Shown one piece after another: positions 48,549-58,443 of a DNA stretch of 64,000 bases. Under the pieces are notes generated by a model that saw only the letters and a list, made by a program, of their open reading frames with translations, was not told the DNA's origin and made no database searches. This stretch comes from a virus, in the IMG/VR virus record IMGVR_UViG_3300046534_001193, positions 17,992 to 81,991 of that record; one strand, written 5' to 3'. The position numbers and the translations under genes are program-made. How positions within the stretch are numbered: the stretch's first letter is position 1; each line of letters starts with the position of its first letter.

Positions 48549-49243
48549 TACAAGGATATCCGGTCTTGGGCTATTTTGAAGTAAGTCTCGTCTTTTTCGA
48601 TACCTATGAAGTCACGGTTCAGGTTTTTAGCTGCTACGCCAGTTGTGCCGCTACCCATAAATGGGTCTAGAATTGTGTCCCCTTCATCTGTTGACATCAA
48701 TATACACCTATTAACTAATTCATTAGGATAAGAGCAAACGTGACCATTGTTTTTTGATGGCAGTATCTGCCACACCGTTGTGTAACCCATGTCATTAAAC
48801 TTATTTGGTTTGCCTAGTTGGTAAATCCTCTCATCCGACATTCTGCACCGCCTATTGGCGTGTCCTGTTGTACCCCGTCTATCCCATATAATCTCACACC
48901 ACACAGGAAAATCACAAAGCCATTGCATAGGGTGGTATATTTTTGATTTTTGTTTATATTTATTTCTTGAGTGCCAAGCATACCTAACTTTGTGATTGTA
49001 AAATACAGAGCCTTTAGAGATACGCAACATTTCTCTAATGCATTCTTTTTGCCAAAGTTGGTATTCTTCTTCTGGCATATCGTCTGGATACCACCCTTCA
49101 TAATTACGTTTAGAATTACCCCCTCCAGATGCATTTTTATTTAGGTTGTAAGGGGGAGAGGTAACTACTAAATCAACAGAATTAGCTTCCATTTCCTTCA
49201 TTCTATCAAGGCAATCGCCTTGCATTAGTCTAATATTACTCAT
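48548..49243 (-). CDS. DNA methyltransferase, beta class (SPPY, likely N4-cytosine)
   Basis: GDCL, VTSPPY, ILDPFMGSGTT, FIGIE; GGAGG RBS before MSNIRL; AT-richer than flanks. Confidence 0.92.
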   Translation of the reverse strand: MSNIRLMQGDCLDRMKEMEANSVDLVVTSPPYNLNKNASGGGNSKRNYEGWYPDDMPEEEYQLWQKECIREMLRISKGSVFYNHKVRYAWHSRNKYKQKSKIYHPMQWLCDFPVWCEIIWDRRGTTGHANRRCRMSDERIYQLGKPNKFNDMGYTTVWQILPSKNNGHVCSYPNELVNRCILMSTDEGDTILDPFMGSGTTGVAAKNLNRDFIGIEKDETYFKIAQDRISL

Positions 49244-49256
49244 AATAAGCCTCCCA

Positions 49257-52067
49257 TTACAATGTCTCAATAAACATGCTAGTTTCTATCCCTCGTTTCT
49301 CCATTCCTGCAACGTCAAAGGCCACTAATTTTCTAGCGCCATCGCCCAAATCCACATGAGTACAGATCTCGCGGAAGAATTCCTCCTGCTCTGCCAGAAC
49401 TTTAAATTGCACCATTGATTTTATATACACCGTCTCGCCTGCAATTCTAGCCCATCGAGTGTACTGTCTGTGGCAAACTGCCATGTCTAGGTAGAGTACG
49501 CCACCGGTCATCAGGTAGTTCTTGCCTGGAATCAAAGCAAATGAGATGTCTTGGTCGTAAGCGTTGGCCATCAAGGCCATTTCAGATAGAACAATGACCA
49601 TCTCAGTTCGAGACTTCTCAACTCTGACAGTCTCCAAAGTCTGCTGTAGGTTGTCGATAACTGTCTTGCACATAAAGTCGGTCTTCTCGTCGATGTAATC
49701 TTGGTCTAACCCGATAGTCTTCAATGTTTTACCGAAAAACATTATTCCAGTTAAGACCGTTTGGTAAGAAAATTGTGGTCTAGGGCCAATTTCTTTAGGC
49801 ACCACGTCTTTGAAAGATGCCATCGTGTTGGATACCCATTCAGGGTGAGTACCTAAGCTAGAGAACACCAGCGCTCTGGCCAATTGTGAAAGTAGGTGCT
49901 TGTTATCAATAACGTGATGATAGTTATCGGTAGCACCTTCCCGCTCTCGGCCTGACTTCTTAATGTTAAGTTGTATCATGCGTTGCCGCAACGAAGGTCT
50001 GTCGGGACTCTGCTCAGACATTATGCAAAGAGGCGCCGATATCACATTCTCCATCACTCGCGCACCGGTCATCTGAACACCGCCGACCGAGCCGCTCGCT
50101 ATTCCACCTTTGGCAAATGCTTGCTTGTTCCAAGCCGCCTTAAAGATTCCTACGAACTGGTTAAATTTACTTTCGGGTATCTCTGACTGGTTAAATTCTT
50201 CTATCAATCTCACGACAGAAGTAGAGGTCGAGCAATATTGTGATGCCGCCCAAGGTGTAGTGCCCTGCAATGACATTGGAGATTGTTCCAACATGTAATC
50301 GATTCCATGCAGATAAGCAAACAAGGTGCTGATCGAGGACTTGCCGCATTCAGCATTTCCCCACAAATTCAGCAAAGGGAACTGGTTGTCACGCATTGTC
50401 AGCTGTACTTTTATGTGGCACAGGGATAGCCATCCAATCAATGTCGAGGTAACTAAAGGGTCGTTGGACCCGATTAATTTATCTATGAGTTCCATCAATT
50501 CTTCGCCTGGTTCTGGGTACGCCGCACTCTTAATGTCGGGAGGGGCCGGTATGTCACCCCATATTTCGTGAGTGTTTAGCTCTTTGTTCGATGCCATTGA
50601 GAAGCCTGGCTCTACGTAAACAAATATAGTAGAGTTGGCTACTTTGTAATGGTGTATTCCTACTTTCTTAACGTGAGTTAATTCTGTCATTGCTGATTCA
50701 TCCGCAAATAATTTGTTCTTCAGTTTTTGTAGATCAATTTCGTTACCATAGAACGCATAGTTACTTTTTCCCCGTATTGACTGCTTAAAAGCCCGAGCGC
50801 TATCCCACGTATCTTCAAGAAAAGTTAGCTTTCCTCGTTTGTGTCCGTTCATTTTGACTATCGCGTGTGAGCCTACTCGAGTCTCAGTGTCAGTGCCGTC
50901 TTCGCTGACCTCTGAAAACTTGCTGACTACATCTAAAGTGAAGGTAGTCAGACGTCTACGGTATTTGCCCTCTCCGACAAAGTAACCCTGCGGTGTCTCA
51001 GTTATGTCGCTAATTTCTTCGAAGTTTTCTGGTATCACCTCGCCGTCTTCGACCGTACCGTTGCAGATCACGCAATCTCTACAAGGCTCTATCACTGAAA
51101 ATAGCATCGCTTTAGAGAAGCCGTATTGCTTAGAGCTGGCCACATAATTGACCATCTTCTTTAACTCTGCAAACCGAGCGAATTCACTCTTGTAGCTAGA
51201 AGACTTGACGTTCTTAGCCATAGCTTGAGCATGCTTAACCCAATCTTTTACGCCTGCCCGCACCATGTAAGCTGCGAACTGGATCGACGCCTGATTAAAA
51301 TTAGCGCCGGATTTAGTGTCGCCGTTCTCAATCAACAAGTTGATGCACTGAGGCAGCTTGCCGTCTGCGGTGACAGTCTTGCTTAGTTCATTGTCAGGTA
51401 CAAATACTAAAGCACTGAGCGCCTTTTGCTTTTTCTGCATCTTAATCTTAGCAGTTTCGTACAAGGTCTGAAACCGAGTCGAAGTCACAGGCTGGACAGC
51501 TTGCAACTCTTGACGTGGCGCCTCAGTCAGCTGCGCGTATTTCTCGACAGTCAACTCTTCCAGCTCTTTCAAAGAGATCGGTACTTTGTACTTGCCATTG
51601 TCTTTGCGCTTAACATTAGCAGTGCGCAATAGCCTAGGCTTGCCTTGGTTGTAAACAGCCATGTCAATACCATTGACGTACAATTCTAAAGCCATCTCTT
51701 TGTAGATTAGCGGCAGAGATTTTACTGGCCGGTCTTTGGCAAAGGTAGTCATAGGGATTATGAAGTGAAACCCTTTCTTACCCGACAAGTATATTGCGTA
51801 AGTGTTAACGCCAAGATCTTGCAGCTTGTCAGAGAATTTTCTGGCGCTGTCCATCGCTAACTGAGGCTCTCCATCTAAGTCGATGTCGACGTAGAACGGA
51901 CCTTTGTAGCTGCTGTCGTATTTATCGTCTTCAGAGTCTAAAGGCTCTTTTATCGATATGACTGATTGTAGGCCTACTTTCCTGTCTGCTAAATCTTTTA
52001 AGGCCTCAACGCTTTCTAACACGTAAGACCAAGGGGCATCAGGTCTTTCTTGGTAATATATAAACAC
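49257..52067 (-). CDS. primase-helicase (AEP/PrimPol domain plus C-terminal ATPase)
   Basis: YVDID, SGKKGFH, GKYKVP (AEP); CRDCVIC; WGNAECGKSS, LIEEF, LRQR. Confidence 0.88.
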   Translation of the reverse strand: MFIYYQERPDAPWSYVLESVEALKDLADRKVGLQSVISIKEPLDSEDDKYDSSYKGPFYVDIDLDGEPQLAMDSARKFSDKLQDLGVNTYAIYLSGKKGFHFIIPMTTFAKDRPVKSLPLIYKEMALELYVNGIDMAVYNQGKPRLLRTANVKRKDNGKYKVPISLKELEELTVEKYAQLTEAPRQELQAVQPVTSTRFQTLYETAKIKMQKKQKALSALVFVPDNELSKTVTADGKLPQCINLLIENGDTKSGANFNQASIQFAAYMVRAGVKDWVKHAQAMAKNVKSSSYKSEFARFAELKKMVNYVASSKQYGFSKAMLFSVIEPCRDCVICNGTVEDGEVIPENFEEISDITETPQGYFVGEGKYRRRLTTFTLDVVSKFSEVSEDGTDTETRVGSHAIVKMNGHKRGKLTFLEDTWDSARAFKQSIRGKSNYAFYGNEIDLQKLKNKLFADESAMTELTHVKKVGIHHYKVANSTIFVYVEPGFSMASNKELNTHEIWGDIPAPPDIKSAAYPEPGEELMELIDKLIGSNDPLVTSTLIGWLSLCHIKVQLTMRDNQFPLLNLWGNAECGKSSISTLFAYLHGIDYMLEQSPMSLQGTTPWAASQYCSTSTSVVRLIEEFNQSEIPESKFNQFVGIFKAAWNKQAFAKGGIASGSVGGVQMTGARVMENVISAPLCIMSEQSPDRPSLRQRMIQLNIKKSGREREGATDNYHHVIDNKHLLSQLARALVFSSLGTHPEWVSNTMASFKDVVPKEIGPRPQFSYQTVLTGIMFFGKTLKTIGLDQDYIDEKTDFMCKTVIDNLQQTLETVRVEKSRTEMVIVLSEMALMANAYDQDISFALIPGKNYLMTGGVLYLDMAVCHRQYTRWARIAGETVYIKSMVQFKVLAEQEEFFREICTHVDLGDGARKLVAFDVAGMEKRGIETSMFIETL

Positions 52068-52070
52068 GGA

Positions 52071-52466
52071 TTACCCCTTCAAATTAATAGTATGTTTCCT
52101 AGCAGCTTCGTACATTATCTCCTCTCGGGTAGGCTCTGGCTTAGGCACCTCACCGGCTCTGTATTGCTGTATCGTGTAGTCTTTAGGGATTATGTACACA
52201 ATTTTTGGTGAAAATCCGATGCCTGGTACTCGGTGGAATTCTATTGGCACGTAAAGCCTGACAGATAAATTTTTAGTCAATGCGACTGCTGCCACGCCTG
52301 TCTCTATAAGTTCATCAGTGTTGAGCTTGAAGATAAGGCGGGGCGCGCCCTGCACCACTTCACAGTGGTCTAGCATGAATTTAGTTTCTGTCACACCCTC
52401 CGCATTGTAAAGCGAGGTCCATTTGTACATTGGTAACACATTAATCCAAGTCTTCTTATTGATCAT
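52071..52466 (-). CDS. hypothetical protein
   Basis: ORF with RBS downstream of promoter, abuts primase start. Confidence 0.6.
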   Translation of the reverse strand: MINKKTWINVLPMYKWTSLYNAEGVTETKFMLDHCEVVQGAPRLIFKLNTDELIETGVAAVALTKNLSVRLYVPIEFHRVPGIGFSPKIVYIIPKDYTIQQYRAGEVPKPEPTREEIMYEAARKHTINLKG

Positions 52467-52501
52467 CTTGTTCGCCTTAGTTAATCTTAAAATCGCCGTT
52501 A

Positions 52502-52531
52502 AGTATGGCGGGTATCTTCAGTGCTTGTCAA
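52502..52531 (-). promoter_or_regulatory. sigma70 promoter
   Basis: TTGACA-18bp-CATACT. Confidence 0.6.
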
Positions 52532-52559
52532 TTGTTTAGGTGGGTAGCGCTTACCTGTA

Positions 52560-53141
52560 TCAGAAAGACTTGCCGTTATCTTTGGCTCTGTTCTCCAATT
52601 TGTGGTCTGCGCGAGTGGCATTGAATCCCATCTTCTCGTGCACGGCTGCCATGATGTCGTAGTTTCTATTGCTAGCAACTATCAGTATGCAGTTGATTAT
52701 TGTAGAGTAGTATTTGCTCAATACAGGTGCAGGAGAGTCCCTGTAGACTTGCACTGCAAATTGTATCAATGCTTTGTTTATGCCTAAATGCTGCATTCCC
52801 ACGCTTTTACTAGAGTCGCACCATTCTGTTTCAATCCAAGATACAACATACCTTAGGTCCATCCTGCCGCCGACGTCTAAAACTCGAATGAATACGTCAG
52901 CCAGCTCGACTTCTTCCATTTTCCTGTGCGGCAGCTTGTCATCCATCAGGTTTTTTCTAGCACCTTCAGTAGCCTCTGCTATCTCAGTGGAGGCCATCTG
53001 GATCTTTTGGAATATGCAAGCTTGCGATCCTTCCCACCAGCCTACTTTCACATTGTTAGCGTGGATGCTTTTTGCTAAGCCATTAAAGTCGGAGTGGTCT
53101 ATAGTAATAATTGTTGATAATTTATCGAAATTTAGGTTCAT
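52560..53141 (-). CDS. MazG-like all-alpha NTP pyrophosphohydrolase
   Basis: EIAEATEG, DDKLPHRKMEEVELADVFIRVLD, EKMGFNATRADH. Confidence 0.8.
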   Translation of the reverse strand: MNLNFDKLSTIITIDHSDFNGLAKSIHANNVKVGWWEGSQACIFQKIQMASTEIAEATEGARKNLMDDKLPHRKMEEVELADVFIRVLDVGGRMDLRYVVSWIETEWCDSSKSVGMQHLGINKALIQFAVQVYRDSPAPVLSKYYSTIINCILIVASNRNYDIMAAVHEKMGFNATRADHKLENRAKDNGKSF

Positions 53142-53155
53142 AGTATTTTACTCGG

Positions 53156-53431
53156 TTAGTGTAATTTTGGGCCGGTCTTCTTAGCAGGAGGCGCGGATTC
53201 TGTGACTGTAAACTTTACAAGGTTTTCTGACATGCCGCCTTGTAAAGGTACGGCTAGCATAGCGTCAACAATGACCCGTCCTTCGGCTCTGGCTACGTAA
53301 TTGACTATAAGTTTGCAGTCGTGCAGGAAGTCGTTGACTACATAGATAACCTGAGTACCCTCAGGCATCCGCATAAATTCCCGAAGCGGCGGGTACAAGC
53401 TGGCTATTTTAAATGTGCTATTTATCGACAC
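53156..53431 (-). CDS. hypothetical protein
   Basis: ORF in operon orientation, overlaps upstream stop. Confidence 0.55.
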   Translation of the reverse strand: MSINSTFKIASLYPPLREFMRMPEGTQVIYVVNDFLHDCKLIVNYVARAEGRVIVDAMLAVPLQGGMSENLVKFTVTESAPPAKKTGPKLH

Positions 53432-53894
53432 TGTGTTTACCTCGTTTTTTCATATTTACCAGAAGATTAGTCGACAGCTTGACAATGTAGACTTGGTAGA
53501 TGTGATTGAATACCGGCAGGCTGTCTATCGTCAAGTGCCGGTTGGATCGCCTAGGTATTGCTTTGTCAGCAGCAAATACCGCGGGATGATTGTCTGGGTC
53601 AGGGTATAAATTACCAGCTAAGCAAGCGTAATCGGTGAACTCAGATTCTATTATTTCTTCCATAGGAAAGCCGGATATCATTGAGAAAGACTTAGGGCTA
53701 AGAACTGGTATTTGAAATACCCTGTAGTCCTGATTAGGTCTTAGCCCTCTGCGTGATAAACCGCTCCTCAATCTATCCGCGCTAGTGGCCGAGGTAGCCA
53801 GAAACGCTATGGTCTCTTCTACGTTTAAGGCATTGTAGTCTTTGGCTATCGCAGGGTAATCGAATTCTGGGGATTTGAATTTTGGGTTAGTCAT
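53418..53894 (-). CDS. hypothetical protein
   Basis: ORF in operon orientation. Confidence 0.6.
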   Translation of the reverse strand: MTNPKFKSPEFDYPAIAKDYNALNVEETIAFLATSATSADRLRSGLSRRGLRPNQDYRVFQIPVLSPKSFSMISGFPMEEIIESEFTDYACLAGNLYPDPDNHPAVFAADKAIPRRSNRHLTIDSLPVFNHIYQVYIVKLSTNLLVNMKKRGKHSVDK

Positions 53895-53897
53895 TGG

Positions 53898-54203
53898 TTA
53901 AAGACCTAACTTTTCTTTCAGTCGGTTGTACGTGGCAAGGTCTTCACGTTCATATCGAAGTTGAGATTCAGAACACTCCAGTCTAAACGCCTCCTCATCC
54001 TTAGTCTCTGGGCGGGTGTAGGTAATGCTGAAATCTAAGTAACCTTCTCCGAACTCAGAATTAACCTTGGCATTCTGTCTATATTCTTGTGGGATCAATT
54101 CAATCTTTTCTCTCCAAAACTGTAAGAACTCAGCAGGGTTAGAAGGCAATTCACATATTATATTGAAAGTTAAATCTATTACTTTATCCATCTTTAATCT
54201 CAC
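53898..54203 (-). CDS. hypothetical phage protein
   Basis: YTRPETKDEEAFR...YNRLKEKL motif common in phage early genes. Confidence 0.65.
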   Translation of the reverse strand: MRLKMDKVIDLTFNIICELPSNPAEFLQFWREKIELIPQEYRQNAKVNSEFGEGYLDFSITYTRPETKDEEAFRLECSESQLRYEREDLATYNRLKEKLGL

Positions 54204-54238
54204 TCTTAGTTAGTCATTTAGGCTTAGCACCTGACTGA

Positions 54239-54268
54239 ATATTACCAGCCAGCGCTCTTCTTTGTCAA
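54239..54268 (-). promoter_or_regulatory. sigma70 promoter
   Basis: TTGACA-18bp-TAATAT with TGn extension. Confidence 0.7.
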
Positions 54269-54272
54269 CAAG

Positions 54273-55655
54273 TTATCTCAATGTTAGCTCTACTTCCTCA
54301 CGAATAAACTCATCTTCCAGTATTTTTGCCTGTGCTTCGGGTGTGTCTGCGTTGATCTTTGTTGACAAGTGAAGCAAATCTTCTGCACTGAAACCTCTGC
54401 GCATCAGGTCAGGGATTCTACTTATTGGCATAAGCGCAATGTCATCCAGCATACACTCGACTTCCCACTCTTCCAAAGTTTTGCTGACGAAAGCTTTCTC
54501 TACCTCGTCGAATACCGTTATTCTGATTGGCCTGACGGGATCTAAATCGTCCCCACAGTCGAACAAGTAGTCAGTATTAAAGTCACCCTTTCGGCTGGCT
54601 GCGCTTGGTGCGGCGTCTCGAACAACGGTGTCAAAACTGCCTGAGAAAATGAACTTGGTAATAGCAGCAGACTGTTCTTCTGCCTCTGCTTCTTCGGTTT
54701 TCTCAGCCCTGAGTTCTGCTATATCTTCTTCGCTGGTGTGCCTGGCTGAGACGGCATCGGTGTATTGCTCAGGCGATAAGCCTAAGTTGCTAGGCTGTTG
54801 CAGTCCTGCTAGTTGCGTATCGCAAGTACCCGCCAGTATATCATTCGACGTCAGCACTAGGAGGGAGGAATACCACCGCTGGGCGCCTTCTTTAGTGCTT
54901 CTTACGTCTTGCAAGGTTAAGCCTTTTGCGCGTGCCTTGGACGGCTTAGCCTTCTTCTTATTTCGGGGATTAGCGAGGATTTCTGCATCTTCTGCCAAAC
55001 TTTCTGAGTAGAGAATGCCACGAGTCGGCAGGTAGAGCAATTGCACTGTATCTTTGGTGTACCGATAATTAGCGATAAGGTTCAGTCCTATCCACTCTTG
55101 CTCTGCGCTGCCATGTCTGACCAGCTTCGGATTATCAATCAGGTCGACCAGCTCGTCATCGTAGGTTTCCATAGATTTAAAGTAAGTCCCCGAGTCGATA
55201 GAACCGTGCTGCAAGGCTCCCATTCTTTCCCGACTAACACCTCGCCTATTCGACAAAGGTTTGAACCTGCCTGTGTAATTTACAGTTGTAAAGTTAGCGT
55301 CAGGCGACATGTACAACGGCGAGATTCTAGATAGCTTAGGCACTATTACGTAGTCATAATCAATTGCGACATCCGTTGCGAAATTTTGGTACTTAAGCGC
55401 CAAGTATCCTGCGTTCAATTTAGGCACGCTGGCTTTCTTAGACTCACCGATTAGCTCTCCCATCTCCATCAAAAAATAGTCGTAACCGTACTTGCAGTGT
55501 GTCGGCTCAGACTGTTTAAGAGCAACAGCTCTAATTAAATCTGTATCAGAAGTAGGGCAAACATCTAAGTCCAGCCACCTAAAGTCACAACGTTCTGGGC
55601 ATAAGCTTGTCAGGTTGCGCCACTGGAAGTAGAGAGTGTCGGAGTCTATTATCAT
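54273..55655 (-). CDS. 460-aa protein of unknown function
   Basis: Long ORF, ATGA-coupled to upstream gene; no motif recognised. Confidence 0.7.
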   Translation of the reverse strand: MIIDSDTLYFQWRNLTSLCPERCDFRWLDLDVCPTSDTDLIRAVALKQSEPTHCKYGYDYFLMEMGELIGESKKASVPKLNAGYLALKYQNFATDVAIDYDYVIVPKLSRISPLYMSPDANFTTVNYTGRFKPLSNRRGVSRERMGALQHGSIDSGTYFKSMETYDDELVDLIDNPKLVRHGSAEQEWIGLNLIANYRYTKDTVQLLYLPTRGILYSESLAEDAEILANPRNKKKAKPSKARAKGLTLQDVRSTKEGAQRWYSSLLVLTSNDILAGTCDTQLAGLQQPSNLGLSPEQYTDAVSARHTSEEDIAELRAEKTEEAEAEEQSAAITKFIFSGSFDTVVRDAAPSAASRKGDFNTDYLFDCGDDLDPVRPIRITVFDEVEKAFVSKTLEEWEVECMLDDIALMPISRIPDLMRRGFSAEDLLHLSTKINADTPEAQAKILEDEFIREEVELTLR

Positions 55656-56395
55656 ACTCTCAGCCCGTGCAAAGCCTTGCTGATTTCAGGCTGATCCAAC
55701 ATATCGGCAAAGGTCGGCATTACAATTGTTTGGTCATCCGAAATTTCAGCCGACATCTTAGCAGAGATTGCCACTTCGCCACCTCTTACAAGCTGCACCA
55801 TAACGGTAGCAGTGCTTTTACCCTCCTCCAGCTGTGCCACGCCCGCCCGTACTCTAAGGCTCAGGCCGCGCGCAGCAAAGTAGGCTGCCACAAGGTTTGA
55901 CTCTTTCATGCGTGCTAAGGAAGCCTGCATAAGGCGCTTCACCGGCTCAGTTATGAATGCCGAAGATAGTGCTAATTGCTGACCGTAGAGCTGAGGTGAG
56001 CCATGCAAATACTTACGTAAAAATCCGAAAGCAGTCTCAGGGTGTAAGAAAAATGGCGCGCTGAGGCTCGGGTCAGAACGGGTAGGATAAATAGCTTTGT
56101 CGGATGAATAGGCTAAATATATCTCGCTTGTGCTGTCTAGAAAAACTTCAAAGGTATCGCTAGGGTGCGCCAAATTTTTGCCCGACTTCAAGTAAGTTAG
56201 CAACTGCGAAGGGAAAGTTTTGTAAGCCTTACCGCCTCGACTGGGTAGGCATGAGAACAGGCTAACCACGTCGACCAAGCCACCTTCTAAGCTCGGGTGG
56301 ATCGGGTGGTCATCAGCTATCGCATAGAACCGCTCAGACTGATCGAGGTTGCGTAGTCGATCGGGATGGTTGTGGTAGTATTCTTGTGGGTTCAT
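55652..56395 (-). CDS. 247-aa protein of unknown function
   Basis: GGAG RBS before MNPQEYY at 56395. Confidence 0.7.
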   Translation of the reverse strand: MNPQEYYHNHPDRLRNLDQSERFYAIADDHPIHPSLEGGLVDVVSLFSCLPSRGGKAYKTFPSQLLTYLKSGKNLAHPSDTFEVFLDSTSEIYLAYSSDKAIYPTRSDPSLSAPFFLHPETAFGFLRKYLHGSPQLYGQQLALSSAFITEPVKRLMQASLARMKESNLVAAYFAARGLSLRVRAGVAQLEEGKSTATVMVQLVRGGEVAISAKMSAEISDDQTIVMPTFADMLDQPEISKALHGLRV

Positions 56396-56396
56396 T

Positions 56397-56660
56397 TTAA
56401 ATTTTCTCCGTCTCAGATTGTTCAGCACACGCAAACAATTTATCGAATAAATCTTTGCTCACCATTATTGTGAGGCTGGGCATCATATCGTTTTTCATTA
56501 TTTTCAACCCAGCGCCGAAATTAATCATGCCAACGCCTGGAGGTGCTTGTTTTGGTGCCAATGCTTCAATCAATGCCTTAGCCGCCCTCAAAGTTTCCAT
56601 AGTGAATGGCTCGTCCTTTGTGGTGCTTACGGTGCCAGCGTTTAAGTTTTCTTCGTTCAT
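56397..56660 (-). CDS. hypothetical protein
   Basis: GGAG RBS before MNEENL. Confidence 0.6.
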   Translation of the reverse strand: MNEENLNAGTVSTTKDEPFTMETLRAAKALIEALAPKQAPPGVGMINFGAGLKIMKNDMMPSLTIMVSKDLFDKLFACAEQSETEKI

Positions 56661-56689
56661 ATTAAATTTGCTCCGTTGTTCGCATGTTA

Positions 56690-56872
56690 TTACCACCAAA
56701 ATAATTGAGTTTCTTCTTGCTCTAATTCTTCTGAGCAATCAATAAAACCAACCTTTCGATTATTTTCATAACTAACCATTATACCAAGTTCAGACTTACC
56801 TTGATAAGCATGAAACTTAGCATCATCAGGGAATTTATTAATTTGTTCTATTAAAGATTTTTTAGTTCGCAT
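56690..56872 (-). CDS. hypothetical protein
   Basis: LIEQINKFPDDA motif frequent in small phage proteins. Confidence 0.6.
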   Translation of the reverse strand: MRTKKSLIEQINKFPDDAKFHAYQGKSELGIMVSYENNRKVGFIDCSEELEQEETQLFWW

Positions 56873-56876
56873 TTTA

Positions 56877-57107
56877 TTACCCTACCCCATACCCTTGCAG
56901 AAAAAAGCAGACGCCAAGCCAACCGCAAAAACCGGAGAAGTGACCAATGGCTAACTCGATTACACTGTGGCGCATTGGAGTCAGCCAGTAATACAAAGAT
57001 AAAACTAAAAACGAGGTCAACAAGGTAGGCCAATAGACGTAGAAGACCCAATCTAGCCAGACAATTATGTGAGGCAAACGTTCTATCGGGATGAAATCAA
57101 TTAACAT
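56877..57107 (-). CDS. small membrane protein
   Basis: Two hydrophobic segments; AGGAG RBS. Confidence 0.55.
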   Translation of the reverse strand: MLIDFIPIERLPHIIVWLDWVFYVYWPTLLTSFLVLSLYYWLTPMRHSVIELAIGHFSGFCGWLGVCFFLQGYGVG

Positions 57108-57116
57108 TGCTAGCTC

Positions 57117-57521
57117 CTATCCCAATCTACCAACAATCTGACTAGCTGCCCAACCTCTGGCCTTGGCCCATCGCTGACTACAAGTTTCACCAAAAAAGCC
57201 ATATTCGTCATTCATGTAGACAATTTCTCTAGCTAACGAATTAGCGACATCGAATTTACCGGCAATAGTTTCCGAATCCTCAGGGTCAATGTTACTAGTA
57301 TCGATGCCTCTGGCGTTACCGATAACACCTAACATGCAAAATCGCCCCTCTGACTCAAATTTACCTGGGATTAACTCTTTGACTTCCATCGCGTCTAAGG
57401 CTGCTAGAAGTTCTTTTAAAAAGGCTTGACCGCGTTTACCTTTGATCGCTGATTTGACAGCACCTCTGTACATAATGTATTGCCATTGCTCAGTGTCGTC
57501 TTCGTAGCCACTTCTGCTCAT
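57117..57521 (-). CDS. conserved phage hypothetical protein (MSRSGY..D family)
   Basis: RGAVKSAIKGKRGQAFLKELLAALDAM, LAREIVYMNDE. Confidence 0.7.
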   Translation of the reverse strand: MSRSGYEDDTEQWQYIMYRGAVKSAIKGKRGQAFLKELLAALDAMEVKELIPGKFESEGRFCMLGVIGNARGIDTSNIDPEDSETIAGKFDVANSLAREIVYMNDEYGFFGETCSQRWAKARGWAASQIVGRLG

Positions 57522-57548
57522 GGTGCTTCTCCCGCTAATATTGAAATT

Positions 57549-57725
57549 TCACTTACCTTCTAAAATGTCGGCTAGCATCCAACTGTTATAGTAGTGTTTA
57601 TCTACCATCCTATCGACTAACCGCTTCTTATCTTGCTCTAGCAGCCTAATTGTTTCGGCCTGCTTCACTTTATCAGCCTCAAGCTGCTTCACTATTTCTA
57701 AGAAGCCTTTCGTTTCTTCGTTCAC
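57549..57725 (-). CDS. 58-aa coiled-coil protein not in ORF track
   Basis: AGGAG RBS, GTG start, MNEETKGFLEIVKQLEADK...EGK*. Confidence 0.55.
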   Translation of the reverse strand: MNEETKGFLEIVKQLEADKVKQAETIRLLEQDKKRLVDRMVDKHYYNSWMLADILEGK

Positions 57726-57743
57726 TTTGGTTCTCCTAAGATT

Positions 57744-58010
57744 TTAATATCTCCACGGTGCTTCACCAGGGATTACACGTTTAGCCACATAAACCTCTTC
57801 GTGAATGGCGTCATTGCCGTATGTCCCACCGTCGTCTGGCATATTCTCCTCTTGGTTCTCTTTCAGCCCGAACTTAAACACAGACCAAGTGTGCCAATCA
57901 TCATAGTCCTTATTGCAAAAGTCATCACACAGCGTCTTCGCTTCTTCAAAATCTTCACCGATCCAAAAAATACCGTGACCTAACCTTACATGTTTATATA
58001 TAAAATACAT
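57744..58010 (-). CDS. hypothetical protein
   Basis: AGGAG RBS before MYFIYKH. Confidence 0.6.
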   Translation of the reverse strand: MYFIYKHVRLGHGIFWIGEDFEEAKTLCDDFCNKDYDDWHTWSVFKFGLKENQEENMPDDGGTYGNDAIHEEVYVAKRVIPGEAPWRY

Positions 58011-58020
58011 TTCTGTTCTC

Positions 58021-58245
58021 CTAGGATTGAAGTCTATCTCTAAACAAATCAAAAGCTATCAACCTGCTGTAATCCGCTACCACCAACTCGTATTTGGCTG
58101 CGAGAGGGCAATGCTTTACTGAGGTTGCGCACTCTTCCTGATACAGCTCACAAATTTGAAACTGCGAGTTCCCGTTCTCAGCTCTGATTACGCCGACGTG
58201 GATGCATTCTTTGCAGGCTGCTGGTGCTGCTCTCATGCCTGCCAT
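58021..58245 (-). CDS. small Cys-rich protein
   Basis: CKEC, C..C..CP; GAGG RBS. Confidence 0.55.
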   Translation of the reverse strand: MAGMRAAPAACKECIHVGVIRAENGNSQFQICELYQEECATSVKHCPLAAKYELVVADYSRLIAFDLFRDRLQS

Positions 58246-58261
58246 ATCGGTTACCTCATCA

Positions 58262-58438
58262 ATTTAAAATTAGGGGTGGTGACCCGTTTCTATCCGTTCG
58301 CTATTCTAATCACGAACGAGAGTGCATTAAACTCATCTACGGGGTCGTATTTTCACCTTTTAAATATATCTCACGACAAATATGCTGGTCGGCAGGCTCG
58401 ATGTTCGCAGCATTCTCAGTAAAGAATTGCTACTGCGA
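58262..58438 (-). ncRNA. candidate structured non-coding RNA / leader
   Basis: About 195-bp gap with nested stems (atttaaaa/ttttaaat, gaccc/gggtc, cgttcg/cgaacg, gagt/actc) plus tcgcag/ctgcga hairpin. Confidence 0.35.
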
Positions 58439-58443
58439 TTAGG

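Noticed and set aside
58281-58346. Hammerhead ribozyme (minus strand AGAUGAG...GAAAC)
   Set aside because: Core reads UAGAUGA rather than CUGAUGA and stem order does not fit hammerhead topology.
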